Below, piece after piece: positions 41,043 to 54,832 of a stretch of DNA of 64,000 nucleotides. Origin of the DNA: Eledone cirrhosa. Taxonomy: Eukaryota. Made by a program: the position numbers and the translations under genes. The DNA lies in NCBI GenBank assembly GCA_964016885.1, contig OZ024741.1:376712001-376776000 (forward strand), given 5' to 3'. Positions within the stretch are counted from its first letter, which is position 1, and the number at the start of each line of letters is the position of its first letter. The notes below the pieces were generated by a model. The model made no database searches and had not been told where the DNA came from. It worked only from the letters and a program-made list of their open reading frames with translations.

Positions 41043-41640
41043 ACACAACCCCCTCAACAATGAGGCCTTTGACACCATCCTCCAGAACATCCCTGTATTG
41101 AAAAACGACCATAGAATGAACCAAATTCTACGAACACACGATATCATAAAGAGCAAAAGACAATCCAAGTCAATGAAAAACATCTTAACACATGCCAAAG
41201 TACTGCCAACCACAACAACGAAACCCACAGTAAAAAAATGCGATAGACCCAACTGTGGCATTTGCATCAACCTAATAGAGGGTTTCAGAATTCTATTTCA
41301 AAGATGGACAACGTTTTATAGTAAAACACAATTTCACATATGCATCGGAAAATCTAATATATGTATTAACTTGTTCAGGTTGTCGAGAACAATACATAGG
41401 CCACACCAAAAACAGCCTCCGCCAACGCCTGACTGTCCATAGATCCCAAATTAAAATACGGGAATACAGGAAAATACCACTGAGTGAACACATTGATACC
41501 TGTGCCGCCCAAAATCATCCCAACTTCAGAATCTTTCCCCTCTACAAATTTAAAGATAATGCCACCCACACCCAGCGCATCAGCAAGGAATCTTACTTCA
41601 TTAACAAATACGGACCCCATCTAAACACTTCTCCCTAAGA
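41043..41640 (+). mobile_element. PLE 3' fragment, Neptune-like GIY-YIG (frameshifted)
   Basis: HNPLN...KSKRQSKSMKNILT...KCDRPNCGIC, then FTYASENLIYVLTCSGCREQYIGHTKNSLRQRLTVHRSQI...ESYFINKYGPHLN; starts at a (TA)n tract. Confidence 0.85.
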
Positions 41641-42177
41641 CGAACCCACAACATACACACGTCAACATACATACATACATCAGCACACATCTCTACCCAC
41701 ATATAAACACAATGACACACGTAAACACACATGCTCTATGGTGCAATACAAAAAAATATATGTGCATATAGATATATGTATGTATATATGTATATATATA
41801 TATATATATATATGTAGTGAATATATGTATGTGTATATATATATAGTGAATATCATTTCACACCTTTTATTGTTAAGATTTTGATTTTCTATTAAGAGAA
41901 CCGATTTTACTGAAAAAATCGAATAATGTACACCATTTTACCAGGGGGAAAAAAATACTGGTCCACCCACACACACACACACACACACAGACACACATAT
42001 ATACACAAACACATACACACGCGTACATCAACATACAAATATACTTATACACACACACACACACACACACGCACTTCTCCGTATACGACAAAAGCTGAAA
42101 AATATCTTTTGACATGCTAAAATACTTTCAGACACATTCTTACTGACACATTCTTACTGACCATCGAATTACTCTGC

Positions 42178-42222
<45 letters not shown>

Positions 42223-42291
42223 ATCTTAATAGCCATTTGACACACATCGCTGCTGGCCATTGTCGCAGCATCGAACACCTTACTACTACTA

Positions 42292-42328
<37 letters not shown>

Positions 42329-42334
42329 TACACA

Positions 42335-42382
<48 letters not shown>

Positions 42383-42430
42383 TACACACACACACACACA
42401 CATATTTGTTGTGAAAGAGTCATCTCTCAA

Positions 42431-42660
42431 TCTTGGCGCAAAACCAATTTTTTATCCACATGACCTCTACCGACCAATCAAAATTGTTTTGACCAAGAAT
42501 TTTTGCTGGAGCCACTTTTTTAACATGAAAACAGTCTTGGCGCAAAATCAACTTTTTACATTCACATGACCTCTACCGACCAATCAAAATTGTTTTGACC
42601 ACAAGCATTTTTGCAACACAAAAATAACGCTGGAGCCACTTTTTTAACATAAAAACAGGT
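42431..42660. repeat. Two-copy tandem repeat, ~105-125 bp unit
   Basis: TCTTGGCGCAAAA..CACATGACCTCTACCGACCAATCAAAATTGTTTTGACCA..CTGGAGCCACTTTTTTAACAT occurs twice. Confidence 0.85.
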
Positions 42661-42913
42661 AGAATTCCCAAAACTAATCAGATCAGAGCAAACAGCACGG
42701 ACACTCTATCTCAAAATTATTTTTGAAAAGCATTTAGAAATGCGCAACCGGTAAAAACTTAAAAACTTAAAACCACAACTGAATACTAACCCATACAATC
42801 ACTAATACTCTTTTATTCCTAATTAAACCATTTTTCAACTGTGAACAATTTGTCAGCATTTTCTATTCCGTTTACCAATATATAATAACTTGTGTGTTAC
42901 ACCTCTATTCTTT

Positions 42914-42950
<37 letters not shown>

Positions 42951-43464
42951 TTATATCCATATGTGTCTCAATCTACATACTACATATATATTTATTTATC
43001 TATGTATCTGTTCTTCACTATAAGTATATAACTATATTGCGTTATTCGCAATATATATGTTAAATATCTATATTAATACATGCTTTCATTTGTATGCATG
43101 CTTGTGTGTGTGCGTTTGTTTGTGAGTGCGTGTGTGTGTTTGTGTGTTTGTGTGTGTGAGTGTGTGTGTGTATGCGTGTGTGTCTGTTTGAGTAGATCTC
43201 TGTAGGATAACAGAAAGACCTGGAAATGTACGCTATTGTTGATAACGCTGTTGATTTGAAAGTTTATGAAGAATCATATCAGAAAATAACAGCACCAAAC
43301 AATTTCTTGAATCATGAAACCTGCAAAAAAAAAAGGAAAGGGTTTTACAATATAATTCATTTCGTGTTCATAACATGTCATCTATTAAACATGAAAATAA
43401 TCTTTAAAATTGATAATTTAGAGAATTCTTCTTAATTATTAATTTATATTCATATGCAGTTATC

Positions 43465-44745
43465 TATCTTAACTCTGCTCAACACAGAATTAAAGATGTC
43501 GGCCAAGGTGTTAGCAGCAAGGCTGGTGCTTGTTTTCGAGAACCTGGTAGGTGAAGCCCAAACGTGTGCAATCCCGACCATGTCCATACACGACAACCTC
43601 CACCTCATTCGATACATCATATAGAGGGTAGGGTGTAAACCTGGCTTTGTTGGGGCTCTGATCAATTTAGATCAGTCTAAGGCATTTGATAGGGTTGACC
43701 ATCAATATGTGGAAGCAGTTCTCAAGGCGGCCGGCTTCGGTCCTGTCTGCACAGGCTGGATCGCTGCCATGCACACCAGCCTCTGCTCAGCAGTTAAGTT
43801 GTATGGCTACCTATCAGAGCAATTCCAAATCATGCGTTCCATCCTTCAGGGATGCTCTCTCTCCTCCATTCTGTATGTACTGATTCTCGAACCGTTACTG
43901 CGGAAATTGGAGCTGTTGCAGGGCATCCCGATCGAACCAGGACTGCGGAAAGCAGCGTCAGCCTATGCTGACGACATAACCGTAATGGTGTCGAAAACCT
44001 CAGAAATCATATTTATCGGCAACCTATTACAGGAGATACGAAACGTTGACAAGAGCAAGACTAAACCCAAACAAGTCTGTCGGTTTGCAACTCAGCACAT
44101 GGCGAGTCAAACCCATGCCTTCCGACAGTGTCGTTGGACGCTGGATGGAAGGACAGGTGAAATATTTCGGGGCTTGGTTCGGTCCAGACCTCCAGGTGGA
44201 CAAGAACTGAAACGAGATCACGGCGAAGGTGTTTACACTCACTCATAAGTAGGCTGAGTGCAAACTCTCCTTGAAAGGTCGAGCGGAGGTGGCGAACACT
44301 TACATAGCGTCCGTCATCTACTACCGCTTGATAATCGTGCCTTGACCACGCGAATCCCTTACCAAAATGGAACGCCTACTCTTCAAATTCCTCTGGAAGG
44401 AACAGGCTCCATTGTTGAGGAGATCCATCTGCTGTCAACACCTTTCTAACGGAGGGCTGGGGCTGCCGTGGTTGAGGATGCGCAAACATGCGCTGAGGCT
44501 ACGCCATCTCCAGGTATTCCTGACTGGTGAACCGGTGTGGCTGTCGTTTGTGAGACAAGCTCTTCCAAAACTCGCCCCACTAACAGAGCTGCAGTCCTGC
44601 ATCAAGCGAGTCCCGAAAATGAGTGCCTGGCACCTCGAGTGCCTTCAGGCGTTCACAGCTCTCTACCAAGCGGAAACGGCAATCAGCGGAGACTCTACTT
44701 CGACATTCTATAGGGGATTAGTGGAGGATAAGTGCAACTGTCGAA
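43465..44745 (+). mobile_element. Tx1-clade LINE RT fragment
   Basis: LLNTELK, DQSKAFDRVDH, QGCSLS, AYADDI, GGLGLP; closely similar to 48.8-50.1 kb. Confidence 0.9.
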
Positions 44746-44971
44746 CATTGCAAACTTGACTGTCACCACAGAATATGAACCTGAAGATTAAGAAACATGA
44801 AAGTACTTGTTCAATTAACACTTAACATTTAATATTGTACCATACTATTTCATTCTAATACCATTATAAATTTTAAAGGATTGTAAATAAAACGAGTAAA
44901 TCAGACAAAGTTGGAATTCCTTTTATTAATATAATTGTGTATAGGAATACACAATCATACACAACCGTGTA

Positions 44972-45060
<89 letters not shown>

Positions 45061-45068
45061 CTCTCTCT
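44972..45068. repeat. (ATCT)n then (CT)n microsatellite
   Basis: Directly visible. Confidence 0.95.
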
Positions 45069-45290
45069 ACCAGACATGTGTAACTTCGCGGAGAAGTTTC
45101 TGTTAATTTATGTAAGAAAAAAACGTGAGTTTTCAGTTAAATTTTATATCATTGTGTAACTTGACTCCCCGTCTGAACCTTCAGGTGGTGGGTCAACTCA
45201 TTTTCGCTCCTACAGGGGCGAAATATTCGTTTGCAAAATTTTTTTACCCATCGAATATTGGAAAAAATATTGTAAAAGTTTGATTACGTT

Positions 45291-47217
45291 ATGAACGCTG
45301 CGTCCAACGATGATGGTGCTGGAGAGTCGGTGAGACTACAAAGCTCGCAGTCAACACCGTCTTCTTCCCTAGATACTATAGAGATGGAAAGACGAAATGA
45401 AAATGTAAAAACAAATTCATATCCAAAAAACGCAAATGACACCAAACAGTTCAATGACAACAAAAATAACAGCAACACCAATAATGATGATAAAAACAAC
45501 AATGATAACAACAACAAAGAAAAAAATAAAGACAACACCAATAACACCAGCATCAAAGACAACAACAACACCAACGCCAACACCAAGGAAAATACGAATA
45601 ATATCGACATCGGTGACAACACGAATAACAACAACAATAACAACAATAATGACAACACCACCAACACGGATAATTCCACAAAGAGACCAAATTTTCCTTT
45701 GCACAGACAGTTCAAAAAAAGGAGGAACTGATATATCTCGACATAACAAATGCCGAACAACTTCTAAAGGACGCTAGGAGATATGTCACTTTCGAAAAAA
45801 ATGGTTCTTTCAGCATCAATTCTCCGGTAGAATTTCGCAAGGAAACTGCTCTCAAAACGATTGTTTTTTTGACAGTTTCCAATTCTACCCGAAAACCAGT
45901 CCAATTGTCACAGAAAGAAATTGATTGGTTTTCAAAAATTCAATGAATGATATTGCATTCATTCAAAGAAGCAAATTTTTGGGAGTATTTCGGTACTCAT
46001 GAAGGATCAATTGGCGGCCCAAAATTACTCTGTGTCGCCAATTGTATCCAACCTGTATACCTTTTTCCCTACATACATGGGAAAAAGGACACAAAAGATT
46101 AAAATCACGAGTGTCACACCAAAAGTGAACATATGGTGGATACTGTGCGGCTTCATCAATGTTGATGAAGACAGAATACTGTCAGTAGGAAAGTCCCCCA
46201 GAGATGTATTCAATGGGACTAGCATTGAAGTTCTGGTGCAAATGAGCCCAGAGCGAATAGCTATGATCCCACAACGTGTACTCCTGGACGGACTCACCTA
46301 CATAAACTTTTCGGTTGAGGGTAGGCGGCCTTCATGTTACCATTGCTTCAGCAGGGGTCACCTGAGGGCTTCCTGTCCTAAATTAATGAGTACAAAAAGG
46401 CTCTTCTGCCGACACCCATCAAAACAACACAACCACCATCACCACCACAACAACACCAACACCAACACACAAAAATAACCACAACAAACACAGTCCCACC
46501 CAACCCCACTCCACCTAAAACCACTGCAAAATCACATACCGACACAACAGCTCCCCAAGACATACCCCTCCCCAGTCACACAGACGATACAACAGATGAG
46601 GCTATCTCGCCATCACCCAGTGAAGACGAGGGAGAACCCCATCGCTCGAAAAGAAAGAAAAGACATCACAAAAGCAAAAAACCAGCAAGCACTACCACAA
46701 ACATACAACCACCAACACAAACAATAAAAACATCACAAACAAAACCCCCACCTCCTGAAAACAAAATACCTACAACAAAACGAAAGCACACACAATAACT
46801 ACAGACAAAAACAAACAGAACACAAGAAAATTACACTTACACTTACATAAACACTGAAAACAAAACACTAATGGAGACCATCATGAACGACCCTTCGGTG
46901 AAAACCGAAGGGAAAACTTTCGCCCACTCTATTAAAAATAACAAAAAACTGAACCTAAAACCGATTAGGGTCCCTATACAAACTTATAGGTCCCTAAAAG
47001 AAACATTTGAAAAGATGTGGGGAATTCCTGCGTGAAACCACTTAACCGCGTCCTTCTCAAATGTCTCCCCGCCCCAGACACCCCCATCCCACCAGACCCC
47101 ACCCCACCAAACATCTACGTCCCCACCCCGCCGGAAACCACCACCCACCCAGACAACCCCTTCAACGCCCCCATGGAAATCGTGCAGCCTGGTCCCCAGG
47201 AGACGAAGGGAGAGTGA
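45291..47217 (+). pseudogene. Tx1 ORF1 (gag-like), disrupted
   Basis: Asn-rich N-terminus; zinc knuckle CYHCFSRGHLRASC (CX2CX4HX4C); Pro/Thr-rich C-terminal part; frameshifts. Confidence 0.8.
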
Positions 47218-47250
47218 TCTCTTTTCCTCTTTTAAATTTTCAGCACCAAC

Positions 47251-50200
47251 ATGGCCAATATAAGAGTTGGATGTGTGAACGTACGCGGCCTGGGGATGCC
47301 CTGGAAACAGGGCAAACTCTTAAACGACCTCAGGTCGCACAGTATGGATGTGGTAGCCATTTGCGAGTCCAGGATCCACAGCGAGTGACAGCTGGCCCCC
47401 ATCTTCGATGACTTTGATATCTACGCATCTCACTGTCAACCGGAGGCGGGTGGGGGCGGAGTCGCCATTTTGCTGCGGAAACACCTGGGCCTCGTAACAC
47501 AGACGGTACATCTGGACCCGGAGGGTCGACTGGTGGTCCTAGACGTTGACAGTAGTGAAGGTGGAGCCTTCAGGCTGGTGGCTGCATATGCCCCATCTGG
47601 GACACCACGGCCAGATTTCTTCAAACGTCTAGAGACTTTTCTGGGAACATACCGCTCCTTGCTTTTAGTGGGGGACTGGAATGAAATCCTAGAATGCATG
47701 TTGGGATTATGTGGGAGCATGTCCCGATAAAGGGAGGTGTAACAGCCTCAAACAGTTAATCGACCGATTTGACCTGTCCGATAGATATCGACTAGATTTT
47801 CCGACTGTGCCACTGTGGACGAGGACTAATCGTAGCGGAACATCTAGATCGTACCTAGATAGGGTTCTAGTTAGAAATAAGGATAGGGACATGTCAAGCT
47901 GTCCACAAATGTTGATGGTTACCTATTCAGATCACAAACTAGTGACCTGTATGGCCAACCTTGATAGAACCCATAGACAAGGACCCGGCTACTGGAAGCT
48001 GAACTTGTCGTTACCGACAAGCAAGGCCTACAGTAGACGGATTAGCACTTTAGTTAAACAGCACTTGACAGGGGCCATTGTCAACAACAGATGGTGGTAC
48101 TCACTCAAGAGGGCAGTTAGATTAGACTCGTTAGTTTTTAGTAAAGAATTAGCGTTAGATAGAAATAGAACCGAGAAGGAACTGGTAGATGAAGTAGAAG
48201 AGGCAATTAGATGTGGCAACGTAGCCAGCGTGCAAGCAACGAGAACGGCCTTGGACCAGTTCTTCGACGCAAAGCACGAGGGCTGAGTTGTCAGAAGCAA
48301 AATACGTGCTCTGGGAAACGAGGGAGCCAAAGCTGTTAGCTGGGCCCGAGTGACGGAGGCAAAAAGTGGCAACAAGTCCACGATTCGGTCTTTGAAGGAC
48401 CAAAATGGATGCGTGAAACGTGAGCCGAAGCAGATGTGTGCGGCCTTTCAGCGGCACTTTGCTCGACTGTTCGGGCGGGGCGGGGCGCCTGGAGGGGCTA
48501 TGGATTTCGGTCCATACCTCGACGGCCTACCGCGACTCTCGGACAGCGAGGCATAGTTCTGCGAAAAGCCGATTTCAGCCGCTGAGATAGGGGACGCGCT
48601 GAGCCAATGCGGCAAACGCAAATCTCCAGGTCTCGACGGTCTACCCTACGAATTTTACGTAGCAATGCCGGACTTATTCTCCGGTCTCCTGGAAGCGGTC
48701 TACTGCAACTGGCAACAGAACGGGTGAATTCCCAGTTCTGTAACCGGGGGCGTGGTCACATTAGTCAGGAAGGGCGAGAATAAGGCGGATAATATAGGCA
48801 ACTTCCGGCCCATAACTCTGTTAAACACAGAGTTACAGATTTTGGCCAAGGTGTTGGCAAAGAGGCTGGCGCTTGTCGTCGAGAACCTGGTGGGAGAAGC
48901 GCAGACATGCGCGACCCGACCAGGTGCATACAAGACAACCTCCACCTCATGCGATACATCATAGAGAGGGTAGGGTGTAAACCCGGCTTCGGTGGGGCCC
49001 TGTTCAACTTGGATCAGTATAAGGCTTTCGATAGGGTTGACCATCGTTACCTGGATGCGGTGCTCGAGGCGGCAGGCTTCGGACCCGTGTTCAGGGGTTG
49101 GATTGCTGCAATGCACAAAAGCAACATCTGCTCAAGGATCAAGGTGAACAGCTACCTCTCGGAGCCGTTCCATATTACGCGATCCATTCGACAGGGATGC
49201 CCTCTCTCCTCCGTTCTGTACGTAATGACTCTCGAGCCACTACTTGCGGAAGTTGGAGCTATTGCAGGGCATCACTCTGGAACCGGGACTGCGGAAAGCG
49301 GCGTCGGCCTACGCCGACGACGTGACAGTAATGGTGTTCGAGCGTCTCGCATATCGAGGAAGTCGGCACCTTACTGAAGGAATACGAAAGTTTCACAGGA
49401 GCGAAGCTGAACCGGGACAAGTCCATCGGTTTGCAACTCGGATCGTGGAGAGGCAAAGCGATGCCTTCCGAAGGCGTCGTCGGACGCTGGGCGGAAGGAC
49501 CGGTAAAGCCGCTCGGGGTCTGGTTTAGTCCGGACCTCCAGGCGGAGAAGAACTGGAACGAAGTGACGGCCAAGGTGTTTGCACTCACCCAGAAGTGGGC
49601 CAAGTGCAAACTCTCCTTGAAAGGTCGAGCGGAGGTGGCGAACACATTTATAGCGTCCGCCATCTACTACCGCTTGACCGTCGTGCTTTGTCCAGCCAAA
49701 ACGCTCGCCAAAATGGAGCGCGCGCTCTTCCAATTCCTTTGGAATAGGCGGAATCCTTTGGTGAGAAGATCTATCTGCTGCCAACACCCTTCTAACGGAG
49801 GGCTGGGGATGCCGTGGTTGACGATGCGCAAACACGCGCTCAGGCTGCGGCATCACTACGTATTCCTCACCGGACAACCGGTGCGGGCCCCATTCGTGAG
49901 GCGAGCCTTCCCACGACTCGTCTTGCTGACCTAGCTGCAGTCGTGGGTCAAGCAAAGACCGAGGAAAATGGGCGAGTGCTCAGGCGCTCACAGCCCTCTG
50001 GCAGGCGGACCCGGCGATCAGTGGAGACTCCACTTCGTCATTCTATAGAGGGTTGATCCGCAGCAAGTGCGACGACGCGGTCGGTGAAACTCTAGGCGTA
50101 GGGGAAGATGAACTGGCCAGTCTGTTCGGAAGGACCTTCCACCCGGGACCGATGGACAACTTCCAAAAGTCCTTGGTCTGGCAGTGCTACCGAGGAGCTC

Positions 50201-50679
50201 TACCAGTTCGAGACAAGCTCTACAGACATGGGCGCCCGGGCAGGGACCCTGCAAAATAGAACTGTCCGAGGTGCGTGCGTAACGAAGAAACCGTCGCGCA
50301 CGCATTCATACACTGCCCGGGCGTCGCTGACCTGTGGGGCTATGTAGAACGACTATTGTCGCGGGTGGAACCAATCCGGTTGACCACCGAGTCCATTGTC
50401 ATGATCAAACCGCCACCCTCCTTCAAAAACGAAGGAGAGGCAGTTTTCCTTTGTGTGATAGCTATGGCGAAAGAGGTTGTATCATGGACAAGGCTGAAAG
50501 GCCTGATGTCAGACACCTTTCTCTCCGGCCAACAACTGATTCTTTTTTTCAAATACCACTTTGGAAGAAGAATCAGGATGGAGAGAGAGGTGCTCTACCC
50601 CAGCAAGTTTTATGAAAGGTGAGTGAAAGTGGCGAGAATGGCCCGAGAGAATGGGCCTTCTCTCTATATCAGCCTGTAG
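47251..50679 (+). pseudogene. Tx1 ORF2 (AP endonuclease plus reverse transcriptase), disrupted
   Basis: MANIRVGCVNVRGL, VGDWN, SYLDRV, SDH, GPGYWKLN, KSPGLDGLP, NFRPITLLN, KAFDRVDH, RQGCPLS, AYADDV, GGLGMP, CPRC..EETVAHAFIHC; several stops and frameshifts. Confidence 0.93.
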
Positions 50680-50892
50680 GTTGAGGAAAAGGAGGAGAAG
50701 AGGAAAGGAGTACAAACTCTTCGTACTCATGGAGTTGAGGGTTGCACATTTTTTCTGTCTCCCCCTATTGGGGAAAATCTACTAAATGTTTAAATTGCAT
50801 TTGTGATAACATTTTACACGTTTTTATTGTATGTAAACTTCCCCCTTTGTATTTTCCTCTTCTTTTGAGCCCCTGTGGCTAATAAAGAAACA

Positions 50893-51014
<122 letters not shown>

Positions 51015-51734
51015 CGCTCCCCCCCTCTCTCTATATATAGAGAGAGATAGAGTGGAAGAGATTTAACTATATTAGCAATTTGAATAATTATTGTTTTCAT
51101 AGTAGTATGAGATATACAGATATAATGAAAAACACATTTTCACAATCATTTTTTAAAGCAGATCATTGTAATTTTAGTCGTTTTTTTTTCTCGTCACAAT
51201 GTTTCGACATTAAAATTTTATTTACGTATGATTTTATTTTCTATGAACGGTCATCTACGTTAACAATTTGTATACCAAGTAAATGAAACCAAAAAAAAAA
51301 TCACAATAATAGATAATACATGGATGTACTGTATATTCATTCTGAGTAAATATGCAGATTTTAGCGGTTTCTTTATTATGAATAGCATTCAGAGAATGTG
51401 AAGTAGACATTTGATTCCAAACCATGGAAGAAAAAATGTTTTCATTTTGCGGAAAAAGTTAATCTTGTTCCTTTCAGCAAACTAAATGGAAATTGAAGCA
51501 CGCACTTAATTTCCTATGAAGCTATAGCTATAGTTGCTCAGAAAATATATCTCTCAAGTAAGAAAACGTATAAGTGGCATGGGTTTTAAATATATATGTA
51601 CATGTCTTTGTGTATATATTTAATATTCCAAAATAAAGAATTTAACATTTATAAAAGAAGGCATGATGCATTATTCGTCACATCAGAAGTTAGCGACATT
51701 AATTCAACTCAACACATGTTATTGTTATAATAAT

Positions 51735-51950
51735 GGTTTCTTATATAGGCACAAGGCCAGCAATTTTGGGGGCGGGGAAAATCGATTAAATCGAACCCTG
51801 TACGTTACTGGTGCTTTATTTTGTCGATCCCATAAGGATGAAAGGCAAAGTTAACCTTGGCGGGATTTGAACCGCAGATCATAAAGGACCGTAACTCTAT
51901 GCTGCAAAGCATGGTATACGACCCTCTACCGATACTGCCAATCCACCGCC
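51735..51950 (-). mobile_element. SINE copy
   Basis: GGCACAAGGCCAGCAATTTT...TTACTGGTGCTTTATTTTGTCGATCCCATAAGGATGAAAGGCAAAG..GGATTTGAAC..CTACCGATACTGCCAATCCACCGCC. Confidence 0.85.
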
Positions 51951-52778
51951 CTTTTATTGTATTTTATTGTATTAATAAAAATAATAATAATAAAGATGAC
52001 AGTTAAATGGGACCATTAATCTAGTGGACATGGTATGTTGTCTACTATAAATTTAATGTAGCATATGCTAAATGCAGGCTGTGATGTACTAGAAAAATAA
52101 ATATGAAAATTAAAGTGAAGGTTGGAGGACAGCACCCTCTAAGAAAATTAATTTCGAATTTAGCTCCAGTTAATTACTATTTCCTAATTACCTCTTATAT
52201 TGAATGAGAATTCCCAATTTGCGGATGTTATGACCAAATATCAAACTCCGGCCATTATAAAAGCATATTGCAATACAAGCTGATCCCGTATCACATAGAA
52301 AATGTAAGTAAACTATGCACTGTTTACAGATATCCATGTGATCAATTGATACAAAATCAAAATTTACTAAACTCGAAAATCTCCTTGCCAAATTCGTGTA
52401 TATTGTAATTCCTACGCCATTTTAACAATTTAATTTTTTAATAAATAAATAAATATATATACAAGTACAATAAACACATAAACACACACCAGTGAACAAC
52501 AATAGACTACAAAAACAAAAACATATATAGTCAAACACGAACACACACACCATACAGAAAACACACACGCAAACGCATGCGCAGAGACGGAGACATAACA
52601 TTGAATGCCAGATAAATTAACTATGGAGATATAAAAGATACAGAATCGAAAACCAACCCAAACCAAACAATGAGTGTGTTCTGTTAGCATTTCTGGCAAT
52701 ATTATAAAAATATGACCCACCACAAGTATAACAATATTTGTTTCGACATATGATTTCATAACAAAAACCTTGCAAAAC

Positions 52779-52829
<51 letters not shown>

Positions 52830-52831
<2 letters not shown>

Positions 52832-53199
52832 AAGATAATAATAAATGAAAACTATATTTATAAAACCATATTTATTTTATTATATATATTTAAAATGCGA
52901 CCAAGCAAACCTTGGTGCGCTTTCATCAGATAAAATACAAAATTTGTTTCATAAATAATGCCATCCCCTTGGAAATCATATCTCAACGGTCCGAAGATTC
53001 GCTGGATATTCAATACTATCCAGCGAATCTTCAAACCGTTAAGGTGTGATTTCAATGGGTATATCATTATCTATAAAACAAATTTTGTATTTTATCTGAT
53101 GAAAGCACACCGAGATTTGCTCAGTCGTTGGGTGTTCTATATCAGTTATAAACATTTATGTTTGTCGGAATTCCAACAAATTAAATACAACTCCTACAC

Positions 53200-53200
<1 letters not shown>
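52830..53200. mobile_element. TA-flanked fold-back element (arms ~52900-53008 / 53017-53128) with decayed HHR at 52873-52937 (minus)
   Basis: GAAGATTCGCTGGATA / TATCCAGCGAATCTTC at the centre; minus strand TATTTTAT-CTGATGA-stem II-TAAA (GAAA mutated)-TATATA TA-ATAAAATA. Confidence 0.8.
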
Positions 53201-53262
<62 letters not shown>

Positions 53263-53264
<2 letters not shown>

Positions 53265-53454
53265 AAAAAGTATGACCCCCGCCGGCAGAGCTCAAGCCGT
53301 TTCGACGGCTATTTCTATCCAGAAATAGCCGTCTAAACGGTTTGAGCTCTGCCGTCGGGGACATACTTTTTCCTATTTCCCACTCTACTACCCTAAGTAT
53401 TGAGTAATCTGGTGCGTTATGGTCCATCTGGTTCCTTACCACAATTCCTTTGTT
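53263..53454 (+). mobile_element. ~190-bp hairpin element in (TA)n (family H, copy 2)
   Basis: ~54-bp stem 53263-53316 / 53321-53373 with loop ATCC, plus ~80-bp tail. Confidence 0.9.
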
Positions 53455-53887
53455 ATATATATATATATATAAGTTAAAACAATGAAATAAAGAATAAACT
53501 CATTAGAAATATACTTCACTGCGTTACGATCGTTTCTAGGTGATGATAGTACATCGTAACTCTACTTCGATATCGATCTATGTAAGGTTAGTTACAAAAT
53601 ATCAGATAAAGAGAATATTTACTTACATGCATATCACCAGCTATTGTCATATATATATTCGTATATATATATATTTATAGAAATCACTTCTAATGGCCAA
53701 GAACTGTTTCAATCGAAGTAAATCATCAAAAAAACACTAATAATTTCCATCGAATGAAAGAGTTCTAGTCGTGGCGTAACCGTTTCTATATTGTACATTA
53801 TATACTCTACTATGTATTGAGTCCCTTATTTATTGTCATTATCCCCGATTGAACCCGGGATACAAACATACACAACACAAACACACA

Positions 53888-53940
<53 letters not shown>

Positions 53941-53968
53941 ACACCCACACACATATATATATATATAT

Positions 53969-54147
53969 AACAAAGAGTGTGTGGTAAGATACCAGATGGA
54001 CCATAATGCACCAGAGTACTAAATATTTAGCGTAGTAGAGTGGGTAATAGGAAAAGAGTCGGCTGACCTCCGTCTGTTTCGACAGCTAGATCTGAACTAG
54101 TTGTCGAAAACGCCGGAGCTTAGCCACCGGGGTCCTGACTCTTTTCC
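53969..54147 (-). mobile_element. ~180-bp hairpin element in (TA)n (family H, copy 3)
   Basis: Reverse complement matches copies 1 and 2 (TTTCGACAACTAG..CTAGCTGTCGAAAC; CTCTGGTGCATTATGGTCCATCTGGT). Confidence 0.88.
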
Positions 54148-54171
54148 TATATATATCTATCTATATCTATA

Positions 54172-54271
<100 letters not shown>

Positions 54272-54583
54272 AATGAAAGGTATAGAAAGTATTGTAGCAA
54301 GAAGCCAACAGTATTCCATAATATATATATATATATATATATATTATGGAATACTGTTAGGAGCAGTTTAGGTATGATACATTTTATTACTAATTATATC
54401 TAAATGTTTCTTCTCTCTTCATAATGTATTTTTAACTCTGATACTGGTTCAGTCTGGTTCAAACTGAATTGGTCTGTCCCAGTCATTCATTGAGCAACAT
54501 CGGTGAAGTTGGCACCCTTAACTCACAGTTGGGTGCGGATGCATTCATGTATATATGTGTGTGTCCGCATGTATCTGTGTGTT

Positions 54584-54620
<37 letters not shown>

Positions 54621-54752
54621 CATATATACATATATCAGAAAAAACTGATGGTGTTGTCGCGTTTTCATTCTTTATATACATACCTGCATGTGTGATCACA
54701 CATACACACACACACACACACATACTTGCACACACATACACACAAACACACA

Positions 54753-54832
<80 letters not shown>

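Noticed and set aside
42431-42660. CRISPR-like array or CCAAT-box promoter
   Set aside because: Only two long units with no unique spacers, in eukaryotic context; no linked gene.
53515-53620. Hammerhead 3' half (GAAACGATCGTA on minus strand)
   Set aside because: No matching CUGANGA or stem I found upstream; not counted as an HHR.
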